DNA from: a virus
Lineage: Duplodnaviria > Caudoviricetes
DNA: 32,763 nt
Strand: one strand, 5' to 3'
IMG/VR virus record: IMGVR_UViG_3300012232_000035
Coordinates: 1-32,763 of that record
Below are positions 1-9,796 of the stretch, piece after piece. The translations under genes and the position numbers were made by a program. How positions within the stretch are numbered: position 1 is the first letter of the stretch; each line of letters opens with the position of its first letter. The notes under the pieces are model-generated. The model saw only the letters and a list, made by a program, of their open reading frames with translations, was not told the DNA's origin and searched no databases.

Positions 1-300
1 AGGGATATCCCCTTGAATATGCCCTGTCGTGCCTGCAGTATCTGCAATCCTAAAGTAGCCTGCTGTACCTGCAGCTGCCGCCGTACCTGTCCATGCAGCC
101 ACTGACTTCTGTTTCACTGCTGAAGCAGCATTCTGCATCCAGTCTGCGGGGAGTGAAATCTCGAGCAACTTAGTACCTGTTGCTGCAGCACCAATAGCAG
201 GTGATGTACCTGTCCAAATCTGGAATTTTGGATTTGCCACTGCATTTTCAATGGCTTCCAATTTGGCGTTGTTAACTGTCACGCTATACCTATAAGTCAT
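1..300 (-). CDS. Phage virion structural protein (partial, runs off window start)
   Basis: Not in the ORF track. Manual translation from ATG at 300: MTYRYSVTVNNAKLEAIENAVANPKFQIWTGTSPAIGAAATGTKLLEISLPADWMQNAASAVKQKSVAAWTGTAAAAGTAGYFRIADTAGTTGHIQGDIP. It starts 1 nt after the upstream stop, and the LPxDW...GTAxxFRI pattern is typical of small phage tail-region proteins. Confidence 0.75.
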   Translation of the reverse strand, partial: MTYRYSVTVNNAKLEAIENAVANPKFQIWTGTSPAIGAAATGTKLLEISLPADWMQNAASAVKQKSVAAWTGTAAAAGTAGYFRIADTAGTTGHIQGDIP

Positions 301-301
301 G

Positions 302-1000
302 TTAGACTCCTTCGTTGAGATAATGAAGTGCACCAGCAAAGTACTTGCGCACACCGGCCCATACAGTCATTTTGTCTGTATTACTTAAATTGATATTGTC
401 AATAGTTTCAAGACCTACGGAGATACCGTCGAAGTCAAGATAGTACAGCCCCTTAGTATCTTTCAACAGCAAGGGGGGCGTTGTCGCAAAGATAGTATGA
501 TGGCCTCTGCCAGATTTATCTAGTATCTTGCGAACAAACTGACCGTCTATCGTTACTGGTATAGTACCTGCAACGTCCTGGAACATTGTAGTAAAGTCAC
601 TTGGGTCAAGCCATATGCCTTCCTCCCCATTGCGGAACAGATCTTCAGGGGCATACGAAGCACCCATCGACACTGCCCCCAGCGATGTAATAGGTATACC
701 GTCTTGTGAATACCATAGAACTGGATCTTCACTGATATACATACGACCGTACAGGTCTACTGGTAAACCTGCTACCCAGTTCTTAGGTGGTCCAGTAGTA
801 GTTACTGCCAAACGACCATTAAGGTCATAGGCTAAACCTGCTACCTTCCATAGATTCGAGGATGACGACGTAACGGTAATACGACAATCCTGTACTAGAG
901 GTGTGCCGCCATTGAACCCTACAGGCAACGCAGTATCTAGCTGCGTTGTTAGCAGCTTACCCTGCGTATCCTTAAGGATCATTGTACCGTTAAGTGCCAT
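302..1000 (-). CDS. Putative virion protein: repeated G(L/I)Px(D/T)xxGR hairpin motifs fused to a partial lectin-like tail domain
   Basis: 232-aa ORF. The C-terminal WLDPSDFTTMFQDVAGTIPVT...DKSGRGHH...YLDFDG motif is common in phage tail-associated proteins. It lies downstream of the tail fibre. Confidence 0.6.
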   Translation of the reverse strand: MALNGTMILKDTQGKLLTTQLDTALPVGFNGGTPLVQDCRITVTSSSSNLWKVAGLAYDLNGRLAVTTTGPPKNWVAGLPVDLYGRMYISEDPVLWYSQDGIPITSLGAVSMGASYAPEDLFRNGEEGIWLDPSDFTTMFQDVAGTIPVTIDGQFVRKILDKSGRGHHTIFATTPPLLLKDTKGLYYLDFDGISVGLETIDNINLSNTDKMTVWAGVRKYFAGALHYLNEGV

Positions 1001-1181
1001 CTGCTACCTTATCTAATCCATTACCTGTCTGATGTCGCATAGCTATATCAGGTGGGGTTACGGGGGAGGGATTTAACTGCTGTTGTATTTTACCTAATAG
1101 CTGATTAACTTCTGCCCATGGGCGTTGTGTTAACACCTTAAGGACATAGTCAAGTTCAGCGGGTTCAAATTCTATCTTCAT
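990..1181 (-). CDS. Small tail-fibre-associated protein (63 aa)
   Basis: ATG at 1181 overlaps the fibre stop (ATGA). MKIEFEPAELDYVLKVLTQRPWAEVNQLLGKIQQQ is a helical motif typical of small ORFs following fibre genes. Confidence 0.6.
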   Translation of the reverse strand: MKIEFEPAELDYVLKVLTQRPWAEVNQLLGKIQQQLNPSPVTPPDIAMRHQTGNGLDKVADGT

Positions 1182-2773
1182 TGATTTCTCTCCTGTGCTT
1201 GCCAATGAACTGTTATGCCTGCACCGGCCCAACCGCCAGTGCTAGCAAAAAATACCTTTGCTCCAAAACTATTACCACCACGACTAGTGATACTAACTTG
1301 AAATGTGCTGGCATTAGCGCTCTCTATACCAAATACAATTGATGCATTAGTAAATAATACAGCAAAAGTAACATTTATGTTACTATTGGCATCAGTTATA
1401 GCTACACCAGCCTCAGCGTGCATTACTGGAGCAGCACGACCAGCACCATCTACTACGTGGAATCCACTTGTCGCACCTACGTATGCGCGCAAACCATTAG
1501 TAATAAATGCTATATTACCTTGGTTATCTAAAGTTACAGAACTGCTATAACCTGATTGATACATCCACATACCACAATTGGCACCGACGTATCCAGACAT
1601 AGTGTACTTACCACCATCTGTGAAACCATAAAGTATTTTGCCATAAAGACTACCATCAGCATTAAACTGATAAGTCCACTCAGCATTAGAACCATTATAA
1701 CAACGCATTCTACCAGCGCCACTAGCTAAGAGGTACAACTGTAGAAAGCCATTAGCACCCCAATTAAGGAGTAAACCTCCACCATATGATCCAGCAGCAG
1801 CAAGTGCAGATTGTGCTGGACTAACCACACAATCATATCCTGAACCTGCTGCATAAATTTGTCTAGCTGCAGAAATATCCATCGGTACAGTAAAAGTTGA
1901 AAGACCAAAGAAATAACCTGCATATGATGGACCATCTCCAACACGAATATATAGAGTATTAGCAGAACTACGGTATATTAACCCACTAGATGTAGGGCTG
2001 CCTATATATAAGTTTTGTGCTGTAATATTAGTCGATGTAAGATTTACAGCAGCTAAAACACCGGTAACATTCAACGCACCATCAATAACAGCATTACTAG
2101 TTAAAGCTAGCGTAGCGCCAGATATACCACCAACTACGGCAAGTCCAGTAGCACTAAAAGCAGCACGCTTTACACCTAGAATACCTACATCAAGTATACC
2201 AGCTCCTTCGCTATAGATACCAGTATTTTGCTCTACATTTAAAGCAATAGAAGGAACAGCCAGAGTGCCTCGTTCAACACCTAATCTAGGGAATGATGCT
2301 GCTCTATAAAACATTACTCCGGCATTAGCAACATCAATAATACCTGCACCATTCACAGATATACCAAGTACACCTGGTTCTAGATAAAAGCCTGTATCTG
2401 TATCACTACTAAATCTTAAAGAAGGTGCTGCCTCTGTACCATCAGGTACACCTAAAGGCAACATGGCATTAGTTTCTGTATTAGACCACTTCATTGGTAT
2501 AACACCACTACTAGCTAATGATATAGCATTTTGACCATCACGAAAGAAACCTAAACCAGTTTGTGTGGCAAATGCAATAGATGGCGCAAGTACAGAACCA
2601 TTGGGAAACAACATCGGTTCTGTAGGTCCGAGCAATCCGTCCCGCGTAAGGACATTGTTCATTTGAACAGCTAGATCACTTATAGTAGCATTAGCCCATG
2701 ACGCCTCAATAACGTCCCCATCCACTACTGGTGGTAAGGGGAGCGTATAGAGGCCATTTGAGTTACGTGGCAT
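1178..2773 (-). CDS. Tail fibre / receptor-binding protein
   Basis: Likely start MPRNSNG at 2773, 1 nt after the upstream stop. N-terminal MPRNxxGxYxLP anchor is typical of podovirus fibres, followed by three GxxxxPSxxxxxxxxxG(F/I)(F/Y) repeats and a Gly/Ser/Asn/aromatic beta-rich C-terminus. Confidence 0.85.
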   Translation of the reverse strand: MPRNSNGLYTLPLPPVVDGDVIEASWANATISDLAVQMNNVLTRDGLLGPTEPMLFPNGSVLAPSIAFATQTGLGFFRDGQNAISLASSGVIPMKWSNTETNAMLPLGVPDGTEAAPSLRFSSDTDTGFYLEPGVLGISVNGAGIIDVANAGVMFYRAASFPRLGVERGTLAVPSIALNVEQNTGIYSEGAGILDVGILGVKRAAFSATGLAVVGGISGATLALTSNAVIDGALNVTGVLAAVNLTSTNITAQNLYIGSPTSSGLIYRSSANTLYIRVGDGPSYAGYFFGLSTFTVPMDISAARQIYAAGSGYDCVVSPAQSALAAAGSYGGGLLLNWGANGFLQLYLLASGAGRMRCYNGSNAEWTYQFNADGSLYGKILYGFTDGGKYTMSGYVGANCGMWMYQSGYSSSVTLDNQGNIAFITNGLRAYVGATSGFHVVDGAGRAAPVMHAEAGVAITDANSNINVTFAVLFTNASIVFGIESANASTFQVSITSRGGNSFGAKVFFASTGGWAGAGITVHWQAQERNQ

Positions 2774-2774
2774 T

Positions 2775-3806
2775 CTATTCTCCTTGTCCTTGATCTGCAA
2801 GAGCACGGCCAACCTGAGCTGCAAGTCCTGGGTTAGCCTTAACAAGCTCTTGCCATGGCATCTGTCCCAATAAGAATCTACGTCCAGGTTCAGTTGTTCC
2901 AAGTAAAGAGACAGCTGTGGCAGTTAAACCAACACCACCACTTAACTTATGACCTGCAATCTCTGCTGCAACCTTAGCTACATTACGCTTAGTGCCTAAT
3001 GATCTAAACGACTGGTCTAGGAAACCTGGTTCAGGTACTGATCCTGCAGCGTCTCTTAAACCTGCACGTTGGGCTGCACGAACAGGATAACCCATTACAG
3101 GCATCCTACCCAGAACATTCTCCACACCTCGAGCAGCTGTACCCATGATGCCCTCACCAGCTTGGCCAGGGGTCATGCGTGCACCAGTAGCAAGGGGGAG
3201 CATTGATTCTTCCGATGGTCTTACCGCACCACCCAGAGCGCGGTTAAGTACTCTCCCACCTGTAGCTCCACCGCCCCCTAGCGCTGCTGCCTCACCACGA
3301 TTCTCTGGGGCTGTTGCTGCACTATAACCAGCATTAGCACCTACATCAGCTACAGCTGGTGCAAAGCGACCTAGAGGTAAAGCCTTGGTTAATAGCTGTG
3401 CGCCCTTAGTAACAGGGAGTACACCCATACCAAGATCAGCTCCGACTTCACCTGCAGTAGCCCAACCACCAGGATGATTCTCTTCGTATAGTTGACGGTT
3501 CTCTTTCATCCCAGCTAGATTAGCTTTGCCAATCTCGTTTGTGGCACCTGCCTTATCTGCAAGACCTAATAGGCCTTCACCTGCTGCAGCTACCTTTGCA
3601 CCAGCACCAACAGCAAGCTTTTCGTGCCATGGCATACCTGCTTTAGGGTCAGCCATGCGCGCCATGTCCTTAGCTGCAGTAGCATCACTAAGCGGTAATC
3701 TAGGTATAGAAGGAAACTGTTTCTTGAGAATGTCAGATATCTCAGTATCCGGCATGTCATCAGGAAACATACCCTGTGTACCATCAGGTAAATTGATTGT
3801 TTGCAT
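2775..3806 (-). CDS. Internal virion (ejection/DNA transfer) protein
   Basis: N-terminal LPDGxxxxFPDDMxxxEI motif, Ala/Gly-rich helical body, located between the nozzle module and the fibre. Confidence 0.65.
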   Translation of the reverse strand: MQTINLPDGTQGMFPDDMPDTEISDILKKQFPSIPRLPLSDATAAKDMARMADPKAGMPWHEKLAVGAGAKVAAAGEGLLGLADKAGATNEIGKANLAGMKENRQLYEENHPGGWATAGEVGADLGMGVLPVTKGAQLLTKALPLGRFAPAVADVGANAGYSAATAPENRGEAAALGGGGATGGRVLNRALGGAVRPSEESMLPLATGARMTPGQAGEGIMGTAARGVENVLGRMPVMGYPVRAAQRAGLRDAAGSVPEPGFLDQSFRSLGTKRNVAKVAAEIAGHKLSGGVGLTATAVSLLGTTEPGRRFLLGQMPWQELVKANPGLAAQVGRALADQGQGE

Positions 3807-3809
3807 GAT

Positions 3810-5393
3810 TTACTCGAAGGCACCTTTTTCACGGTTCCAGGTTCTTACCTTAACTGCAGGTGCTTTATCAGCCGCCCGCCGCTGTAATGGACCACCTGTT
3901 TCTGCGTCGATACCCATACGTGCGAGTTCCTTAGCTATGTCACGCTTATCTGCTGCCGTAGCTGCCGCAGTTGCCTCAGCTGTCATTGGCGCCTTAGGTC
4001 CTTTGCGGTACTCACTCATGAGTATGTTTGCACGCTCAACATCAGCGGGGGGCAATGCTACAGTTACAGGCGGTGCAGTGTTAGTGCCTGTATCGGTACT
4101 AGACATAGCTGGCATAGATGTAACAGGCGCAGTAGCCGCAACAGGCATTGTTGCATCAGTAATTGTACCTTTACTTACTCGTCCTGACGCCTTTGGCAAA
4201 CCACCTGACTTCTGTGGTGTTGGTGCACCTTCTTCAGGTAATGGTTCAGGCATATCTGGAATATCAATCTTTGGCAAATGCTCCCCAGAACCTATGTTAA
4301 AGTTTTGCGCAAGTCTATGAGTCATCTCCATATCTTTACGTGCCAGTCGTTGGACAGTCTTCATTGCTGTCTCACGAATACCATTAGGCGTTTTAGCATC
4401 ACCAATTTGAGCTGCAGCTGCTTGATAAAGCTTTGTATCTCTATCAGAATCAGTACCCTTAAACTTAGGCTGATGCTTCATCAAATTGCCTTCAACAACC
4501 TTAAGCTGTGCTGCTTCCTCTGATCCAGGTACTACAATGCCAAATATACCTCCTGCTGTATCTAGAGCTGCACCAATTCCAGAACCAGTTGCTTTCTTCA
4601 GAAGTGGTCTAGCTTCATTAACAATGTTATCTACAGCATGTACAGAATTCACTTGTTCTTCAAGCTTGGTACGCTCTTTAGCACGTGGTGATGGCTCTAC
4701 AGACATCTTCATTTCATTAAGTTTTTTCTCCAATGCAAGACTTTTCTCATGCCATGATTTCTTCTCGTCTAAATCAAGACCATGTTGTCTACTCTTTTCT
4801 TTTGCGTCTCTAATTTGCTCTGCAAGCTTCTCACGATCAAGCTTGAATTGCTCAGTCATCTTCTCACGAGTAAGCGCTCTGGCCGCTTCAGCTTGTTCGC
4901 CTCTCCATGCCCGAGCCTCTTCACGCTCAGGTTCCTTAATAAGGACATCGGCCCCATACTGAGCTGCAAGCGCTCGAGTAAGAGGATTCTTCTGACCTTG
5001 TTGTGCCCATGCTAGATTCTGTTGTTGAGTCGGTTGAATGGGGGCGGACATAAGTGGCCCCTGGCCTTCTTCGACAGGTCCTGCCTGCTCAACTCTAGTA
5101 GCTTGCGGTCTAGCACCCATCCACTCGTCTGACTGTGCCTGCATAGCTTTAGCTAGACCAGCTTCTTTCTCAGCAGCTTGCTTTTCACCATAGTAAGCAG
5201 CAATCTGTTGAATGCCTGGTTGAAGATGTTCTTGCAAAGTTGGAGGTGTCCATATCTTGCCGATCATCTCACCACGAGGTGCACCTTGCAGTAAAGCTTG
5301 CTTACGCAAAGCATCTATCTGTGCTCGAGAGCGTTTAACCTGCTCGAGCTCAGTATCAAAGTCAGAGTATTGGGGTAGGGCTGCTTGTGTCAT
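3810..5393 (-). CDS. Internal virion (ejection) protein, coiled-coil
   Basis: 527 aa, Q/E/K/A-rich helical, with ATGSGIG and GxDSDRD motifs; lies in the ejection-protein cluster and is translationally coupled. Confidence 0.65.
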   Translation of the reverse strand: MTQAALPQYSDFDTELEQVKRSRAQIDALRKQALLQGAPRGEMIGKIWTPPTLQEHLQPGIQQIAAYYGEKQAAEKEAGLAKAMQAQSDEWMGARPQATRVEQAGPVEEGQGPLMSAPIQPTQQQNLAWAQQGQKNPLTRALAAQYGADVLIKEPEREEARAWRGEQAEAARALTREKMTEQFKLDREKLAEQIRDAKEKSRQHGLDLDEKKSWHEKSLALEKKLNEMKMSVEPSPRAKERTKLEEQVNSVHAVDNIVNEARPLLKKATGSGIGAALDTAGGIFGIVVPGSEEAAQLKVVEGNLMKHQPKFKGTDSDRDTKLYQAAAAQIGDAKTPNGIRETAMKTVQRLARKDMEMTHRLAQNFNIGSGEHLPKIDIPDMPEPLPEEGAPTPQKSGGLPKASGRVSKGTITDATMPVAATAPVTSMPAMSSTDTGTNTAPPVTVALPPADVERANILMSEYRKGPKAPMTAEATAAATAADKRDIAKELARMGIDAETGGPLQRRAADKAPAVKVRTWNREKGAFE

Positions 5394-6532
5394 TATACGT
5401 ACCCACCTAAAGCACTACCTGCACCACCACCGATGCTTGCACCTGCAGCTATACCCATAGGATTACCTGCAGTTGCTACACCACCGATGATACCGCCTGC
5501 TACTGAACCTACACCACCCATTAAACCTGTTTTCTTCTTCATTTGTGCATTATAAGCATCTAGTTGAGCTTGATATTGTTGCTGTGCTGCTCCAGTTAAA
5601 TCTGCTGCCCCAGCATTACCTTGGTTAAAGAAGTTGCCAAATTGCATACCTGGTACACCACCAGCTGCCCCCATAAGTTGCGAATATTCAGAGAGGGGGA
5701 GCTGTCTCTTCATAAGTGCTTCCTGCATCTCACGACTACGATCTTCTGATTGAGCTCCACGTGCTAATGCTTCTGCTTGATTGCCGATGTTAAACATCGT
5801 TGTGCCTTCACCAAGTTGCTGACCTCTAAGGGCATTAGCATAATTAGCAGCCTGTGTCTCTTCACCCACACTTTGTTGTCGTGCCGCTAGACTTCTATTA
5901 AAGATGTCACCATAGGCACCCATAGCGCCTAGCAGTGCCTGGTTATTCATATCATTAGATTTCTGGCCTAATGACTGCATTGAAGCATTCCAAGCAGGTG
6001 AACCTTCAGTTATACCTTGTGCCTTAAGCCTAGCAATCTCGGCATCTCGGCCCTGTTCCATAGCAGGATTAAGCCGCCCAAGCATTGCTTGTTGTACTTC
6101 TTGTACAGAGCCAAACCCTGATCCTGCAAGGGCAGGATTGTCACTGTAGTCTATCTTGCCCCAGTTCTCCATTTTACTGGTATCTGGTGCAGCACTACCC
6201 TGCCATCCTTGGACATTAGTCATACCACTAGTATCAAATGGCTGACTATACGTATCTCTAATTCCGCCCAACATCCCACTAGCAGTATCAGTTAAGTTCT
6301 GCGTATTACCTCGTTGAGAATCAAGTATCTGCTGATACTCAGGGTTATATTGCTGACTCTGAGTAGGATTACCTTGAGCATCTGTACCCCAAGTAGATGT
6401 ACCATAGGGATTACTTTGATTAACCCTATTAGCTTTAGTCTGGTACTCAAAAGCTTCCTTATTCAGGCCAGCTTGTTGTGTAGCCAAATTCGCATAGTCA
6501 GGCGGCGGCGGTGTTTTAGATGATCCACCCAT
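5393..6532 (-). CDS. DNA injection/pilot-type internal virion protein
   Basis: MGGSSKTPPPPDY...NRVNQSNPYG N-terminus, Gln/Asn-rich middle and Gly/Ala-rich hydrophobic C-terminus; directly follows the GNAT gene as in P22-like podoviruses. Confidence 0.7.
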   Translation of the reverse strand: MGGSSKTPPPPDYANLATQQAGLNKEAFEYQTKANRVNQSNPYGTSTWGTDAQGNPTQSQQYNPEYQQILDSQRGNTQNLTDTASGMLGGIRDTYSQPFDTSGMTNVQGWQGSAAPDTSKMENWGKIDYSDNPALAGSGFGSVQEVQQAMLGRLNPAMEQGRDAEIARLKAQGITEGSPAWNASMQSLGQKSNDMNNQALLGAMGAYGDIFNRSLAARQQSVGEETQAANYANALRGQQLGEGTTMFNIGNQAEALARGAQSEDRSREMQEALMKRQLPLSEYSQLMGAAGGVPGMQFGNFFNQGNAGAADLTGAAQQQYQAQLDAYNAQMKKKTGLMGGVGSVAGGIIGGVATAGNPMGIAAGASIGGGAGSALGGYV

Positions 6533-6938
6533 GATTTACCTCCAACCATTTACATTGATGTTTATACATCTTCAAGATAGTCTCCCCACCATCTGGGAAA
6601 ACATCTTGAACAGTACAAACAAGTTTAAAACCAAGTTTCACAGTAAGATTAACTACAAACTCGTTAGCTGTAGGAATCTTGGCAAAAATCACATCACACT
6701 TGGCCTGGTTGAAGGGGTAATCAAATGCGGCCCACATGAACGACTTTGTTAACCAACCTGGACTACCTACTACATGCATCACACACGACTTACCAGTCCA
6801 GTTATCATATCCTACAACACCCACTATCTGTCCATTACTATTCCTATTACCTAAACATATTAAACCATTAGTATACTCTATATTATTTCTTTCTAGCATC
6901 CAGTTCCTAAGATAAGGCTGGCCTACATACTCTATCAT
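6516..6938 (-). CDS. GNAT-family acetyltransferase (tail/ejection module)
   Basis: IVGVVGYDNW...AAFDYPFNQ...N...KLGF motifs; canonical position between nozzle and first ejection protein. Confidence 0.8.
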   Translation of the reverse strand: MIEYVGQPYLRNWMLERNNIEYTNGLICLGNRNSNGQIVGVVGYDNWTGKSCVMHVVGSPGWLTKSFMWAAFDYPFNQAKCDVIFAKIPTANEFVVNLTVKLGFKLVCTVQDVFPDGGETILKMYKHQCKWLEVNHGWII

Positions 6939-8527
6939 AACGGTCCACCAGCCCTTATCGTGTAATCAGTAGCAATCCAGGTTGTCTCAGATTCAGTAGT
7001 AAGGTTTATCATTAAGGACACTGCTGTGCCCATACCCTCACCTGAACTCCAATCTTTCTGTACAAAGTAGCCACCAGACCATCTACCTGAACCCCATTGT
7101 GCTTCCCCCCACAATGCTACTGCAGATTTTGCTACAGAGCCGGAGGGGAGGGGCATGTCTGGTGCTAAGTAATCGTATACTATCTTAGAGGTATAACCTG
7201 CTTTACGCGCACCCATGAACATGGGTCTATATAGTCCTACTTGCTTCTGTGTTGTAGGCGAATTAAAGGTCGAGAAGGCTTGTTGGCACTGAGAAAGAAT
7301 GTTAGTTCCACCAGAACCATTAAGTTCGATGTTATCCTTATCACCTACCCATGCGCGATAGACTTTACCGGTCTTATCTCCAAAGTATGGCATAGTAGAT
7401 AAACGATGCCAGCATTGAGCATCCATACCTGTAAATGTACACCATCCATTATTAGTAACATTATTAATCAATTGCCCATTAGTACCAGCATAAATAGTTG
7501 GTATATTAATGACCAATAGATTAATAGCAGGGAAATATTCCATCTCCCAACCGCTAACATCAAAGAGACTTGAAGTCAAGTCACTAAGCATAGCTTGAAT
7601 CTTCTTGCTATAAATACTCTTATCAGTCTGATTAACTTGCGTTGATACTAAGACTGTAGATAGAGACATAATACCTGTACTTGTGAGATATAGCAAGTCA
7701 CCAGATATGTCTGTAAAGTATCTACGACCACGAATAGGTGCTCCAATAAAGAATGTACCTATATGCTTCCAAGTTGCTGCTGTAACAACGTCTGTACCAG
7801 CAAAGACTACAGCTTCACCATTAGACGAGAGCGCAACTAGTTTATCATCAGAACCTGATCCTGCATCTATCGTCCAAGTAGCAAGCGTAGAAAGATAGCC
7901 GCCCTTCTTAAAGAACGGTCCAAAGTCAAAGTACTGAGCTACACCATAAACAGCATCTGGTGGCAAGAACCATCCACGTGTATCATTAATTGGTACAAAC
8001 CATAGACGATGTTGATGAACAGTAACTTGAATAAAAGTAGCGGGATTTACACTAGCTATCGTACCACTAACGCTTCCGTTTCCTGCGATAAGTCTCTGTA
8101 AACCACCAACGCCGTACCAAATAGGGTTATCAGCACCATTAACAAAAATAGTATGAGTGCCCGCCACATTTGCAAAACTCACTTGTTGCCAATAGTTGTT
8201 ATTCAAAGTGGTCAGAAGGGGGGCAGCTACAGCACCTGGTGTGGTAATATCATACATTTTACCATCACCAAAGGCAAAGAGATTAGTAGCACCTGTGCGG
8301 TTAATCCAACTGCCTATAGTTTCTACTGGACCATTTATACCATATGAATGTACTTGATAACCTTTTCTGACCATACAGCCATATGGCTGTGGTACAATAT
8401 TAACTAGCTTAATAGCATCTGTGGGCGGCATTGTCACCAAGTTATCGAAGACGTTTAGTCCCCCAAACGGTGATGGCACCGTCTGTATAACATTGGACTT
8501 AACAGATGCAGGTAGCGAGGTATTCAT
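6935..8527 (-). CDS. Tail nozzle / DNA stabilisation protein (tail tubular B-like)
   Basis: 530-aa beta-rich protein with PSPFGGLN...MPPTDAIKLVN...RKGY N-terminus and HQHRLWF; follows the adaptor gene. Confidence 0.75.
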   Translation of the reverse strand: MNTSLPASVKSNVIQTVPSPFGGLNVFDNLVTMPPTDAIKLVNIVPQPYGCMVRKGYQVHSYGINGPVETIGSWINRTGATNLFAFGDGKMYDITTPGAVAAPLLTTLNNNYWQQVSFANVAGTHTIFVNGADNPIWYGVGGLQRLIAGNGSVSGTIASVNPATFIQVTVHQHRLWFVPINDTRGWFLPPDAVYGVAQYFDFGPFFKKGGYLSTLATWTIDAGSGSDDKLVALSSNGEAVVFAGTDVVTAATWKHIGTFFIGAPIRGRRYFTDISGDLLYLTSTGIMSLSTVLVSTQVNQTDKSIYSKKIQAMLSDLTSSLFDVSGWEMEYFPAINLLVINIPTIYAGTNGQLINNVTNNGWCTFTGMDAQCWHRLSTMPYFGDKTGKVYRAWVGDKDNIELNGSGGTNILSQCQQAFSTFNSPTTQKQVGLYRPMFMGARKAGYTSKIVYDYLAPDMPLPSGSVAKSAVALWGEAQWGSGRWSGGYFVQKDWSSGEGMGTAVSLMINLTTESETTWIATDYTIRAGGPL

Positions 8528-9234
8528 TATGTATTCCAGGAACCATCAGGAATTTGCCATGACCCAATAAGACCAGAGGTAGCAGATGGCGTCAAAGACA
8601 ACACAGGTGCTCCTTTGTCCTTCCCTATCAGAGTCAGGAACATGCGCATAAAGTCAGCCTTAGGCGCAGTAGTATCAAAACCCTTTAACTCATAGAACTT
8701 CAACCTTAAAAACTTAATGATCAACCATGGCTGATACTGAATCTTATCACCATCTTGTGTTACTATTTCAATCTCAGAGTAATCAGGTCTAATGACCCAG
8801 TTCTTCTTAATGTATTCAATGCTTATATTAGCACCTGAAGATTTAGGAACAGGCAAAAACATCAACTTATCTTGGTATACACGATAGCGCATACCTAAAG
8901 CTGCCCCAAGACCATTCTTAAGTCTGCTCCATTCCTGTGGAGATTTCGGCCCAGTTAAGTTACCATTAGCAGTATCATCCCATTGAGTTTGATCAATGTA
9001 GTAAAGCCAGTCCGCAGGGAGGGGATATCCTTCCTGATCTTTGACTAAGCTAAAGTCGTGGAACTTTGTAAACTGTTGCCATGGATAATAGAGGTTCAAC
9101 TCATTGCCAGCACTGTTAAGCAAGGCAACGAGTTGAGTAACCTGTGGATCATCTGTTACGAGAGACGGAGGTGCTGGCAGCCCTAATTCTCCGGCTACTT
9201 GTTTCACCAAGGTTAGCGCTGACCAGTAGTCCAT
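8527..9234 (-). CDS. Head-tail adaptor (tail tubular A-like)
   Basis: 235 aa; VAGELGLPAP...LLNSAGNEL...YPW...YPLPADW...TQWD motifs and position upstream of the nozzle gene. Confidence 0.7.
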   Translation of the reverse strand: MDYWSALTLVKQVAGELGLPAPPSLVTDDPQVTQLVALLNSAGNELNLYYPWQQFTKFHDFSLVKDQEGYPLPADWLYYIDQTQWDDTANGNLTGPKSPQEWSRLKNGLGAALGMRYRVYQDKLMFLPVPKSSGANISIEYIKKNWVIRPDYSEIEIVTQDGDKIQYQPWLIIKFLRLKFYELKGFDTTAPKADFMRMFLTLIGKDKGAPVLSLTPSATSGLIGSWQIPDGSWNT

Positions 9235-9235
9235 A

Positions 9236-9796
9236 TTATGCCTCAGCCTTTTGAGCTGCCATTAACTTAGCAACTTGATCCTTAAGAACCTGAATTTCTG
9301 AATCACGCTTCTCTAGTTCATTTTTCAACATCGTAATGGGGGCGGCAGATTTGGCTGATTCTAGATAAGCTACAGCCTTTTGCTTCATGGAATTAAAGCC
9401 CATAAAGTGTCTACTATGTGTATCAGAGATACCAGCCAGTTGCTCAAGCGTAAAGACATTAAGTGCCTTAAGCTCAGCAATCTGAGATACAGTCAGGAAC
9501 GGCACCTCTTCAAGCGGTGTCCCCTCCTGTGCAGGAGTAAGCTTCCTTTGAAAACGATCCCATTGTGCTGGGAATCTGTCTTTATAGGTTTGACTTGCTT
9601 TATTGACAAGAACGTCTCTAGATCCAGGCGTAATGATCTTTACCATGGCGACTTCATTAAAGATCGGTCGTCCTTCGACGGCAGACTTTGATTCATCTTT
9701 CACGGCAGTCATATAGAACTGTACAAAGAGACGTTTGTCATCCTCCGACTGTATAGAGTCGGAGGTTACAACACCATCATACTCAGGTGTAGGCAT
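9236..9796 (-). CDS. Conserved phage protein (GRPIF...RFPxxW...GTPLE...TLEQLA)
   Basis: 186 aa, tightly coupled in the operon; motif set recurrent in head modules of this podovirus type; function unknown. Confidence 0.7.
   Translation of the reverse strand: MPTPEYDGVVTSDSIQSEDDKRLFVQFYMTAVKDESKSAVEGRPIFNEVAMVKIITPGSRDVLVNKASQTYKDRFPAQWDRFQRKLTPAQEGTPLEEVPFLTVSQIAELKALNVFTLEQLAGISDTHSRHFMGFNSMKQKAVAYLESAKSAAPITMLKNELEKRDSEIQVLKDQVAKLMAAQKAEA

Noticed and set aside
1178-1700. Diversity-generating retroelement target in the fibre C-terminus
   Set aside because: No reverse transcriptase and no template/variable repeat pair visible in the window.
2774-2902. N-terminal extension of the tail fibre ORF
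   Set aside because: Overlaps the upstream gene; MPRNSNG at 2773 is the typical fibre start with a GGAG RBS.
3526-4962. Long plus-strand ORFs (3526..4320, 4486..4962; similarly 9735..10430)
   Set aside because: Ser/Ala-rich antisense shadows of well-supported minus-strand genes.
6516-6938. GNAT acetyltransferase among virion genes as a novelty
   Set aside because: This gene position is a known, common feature of P22-like podovirus tail/ejection modules.
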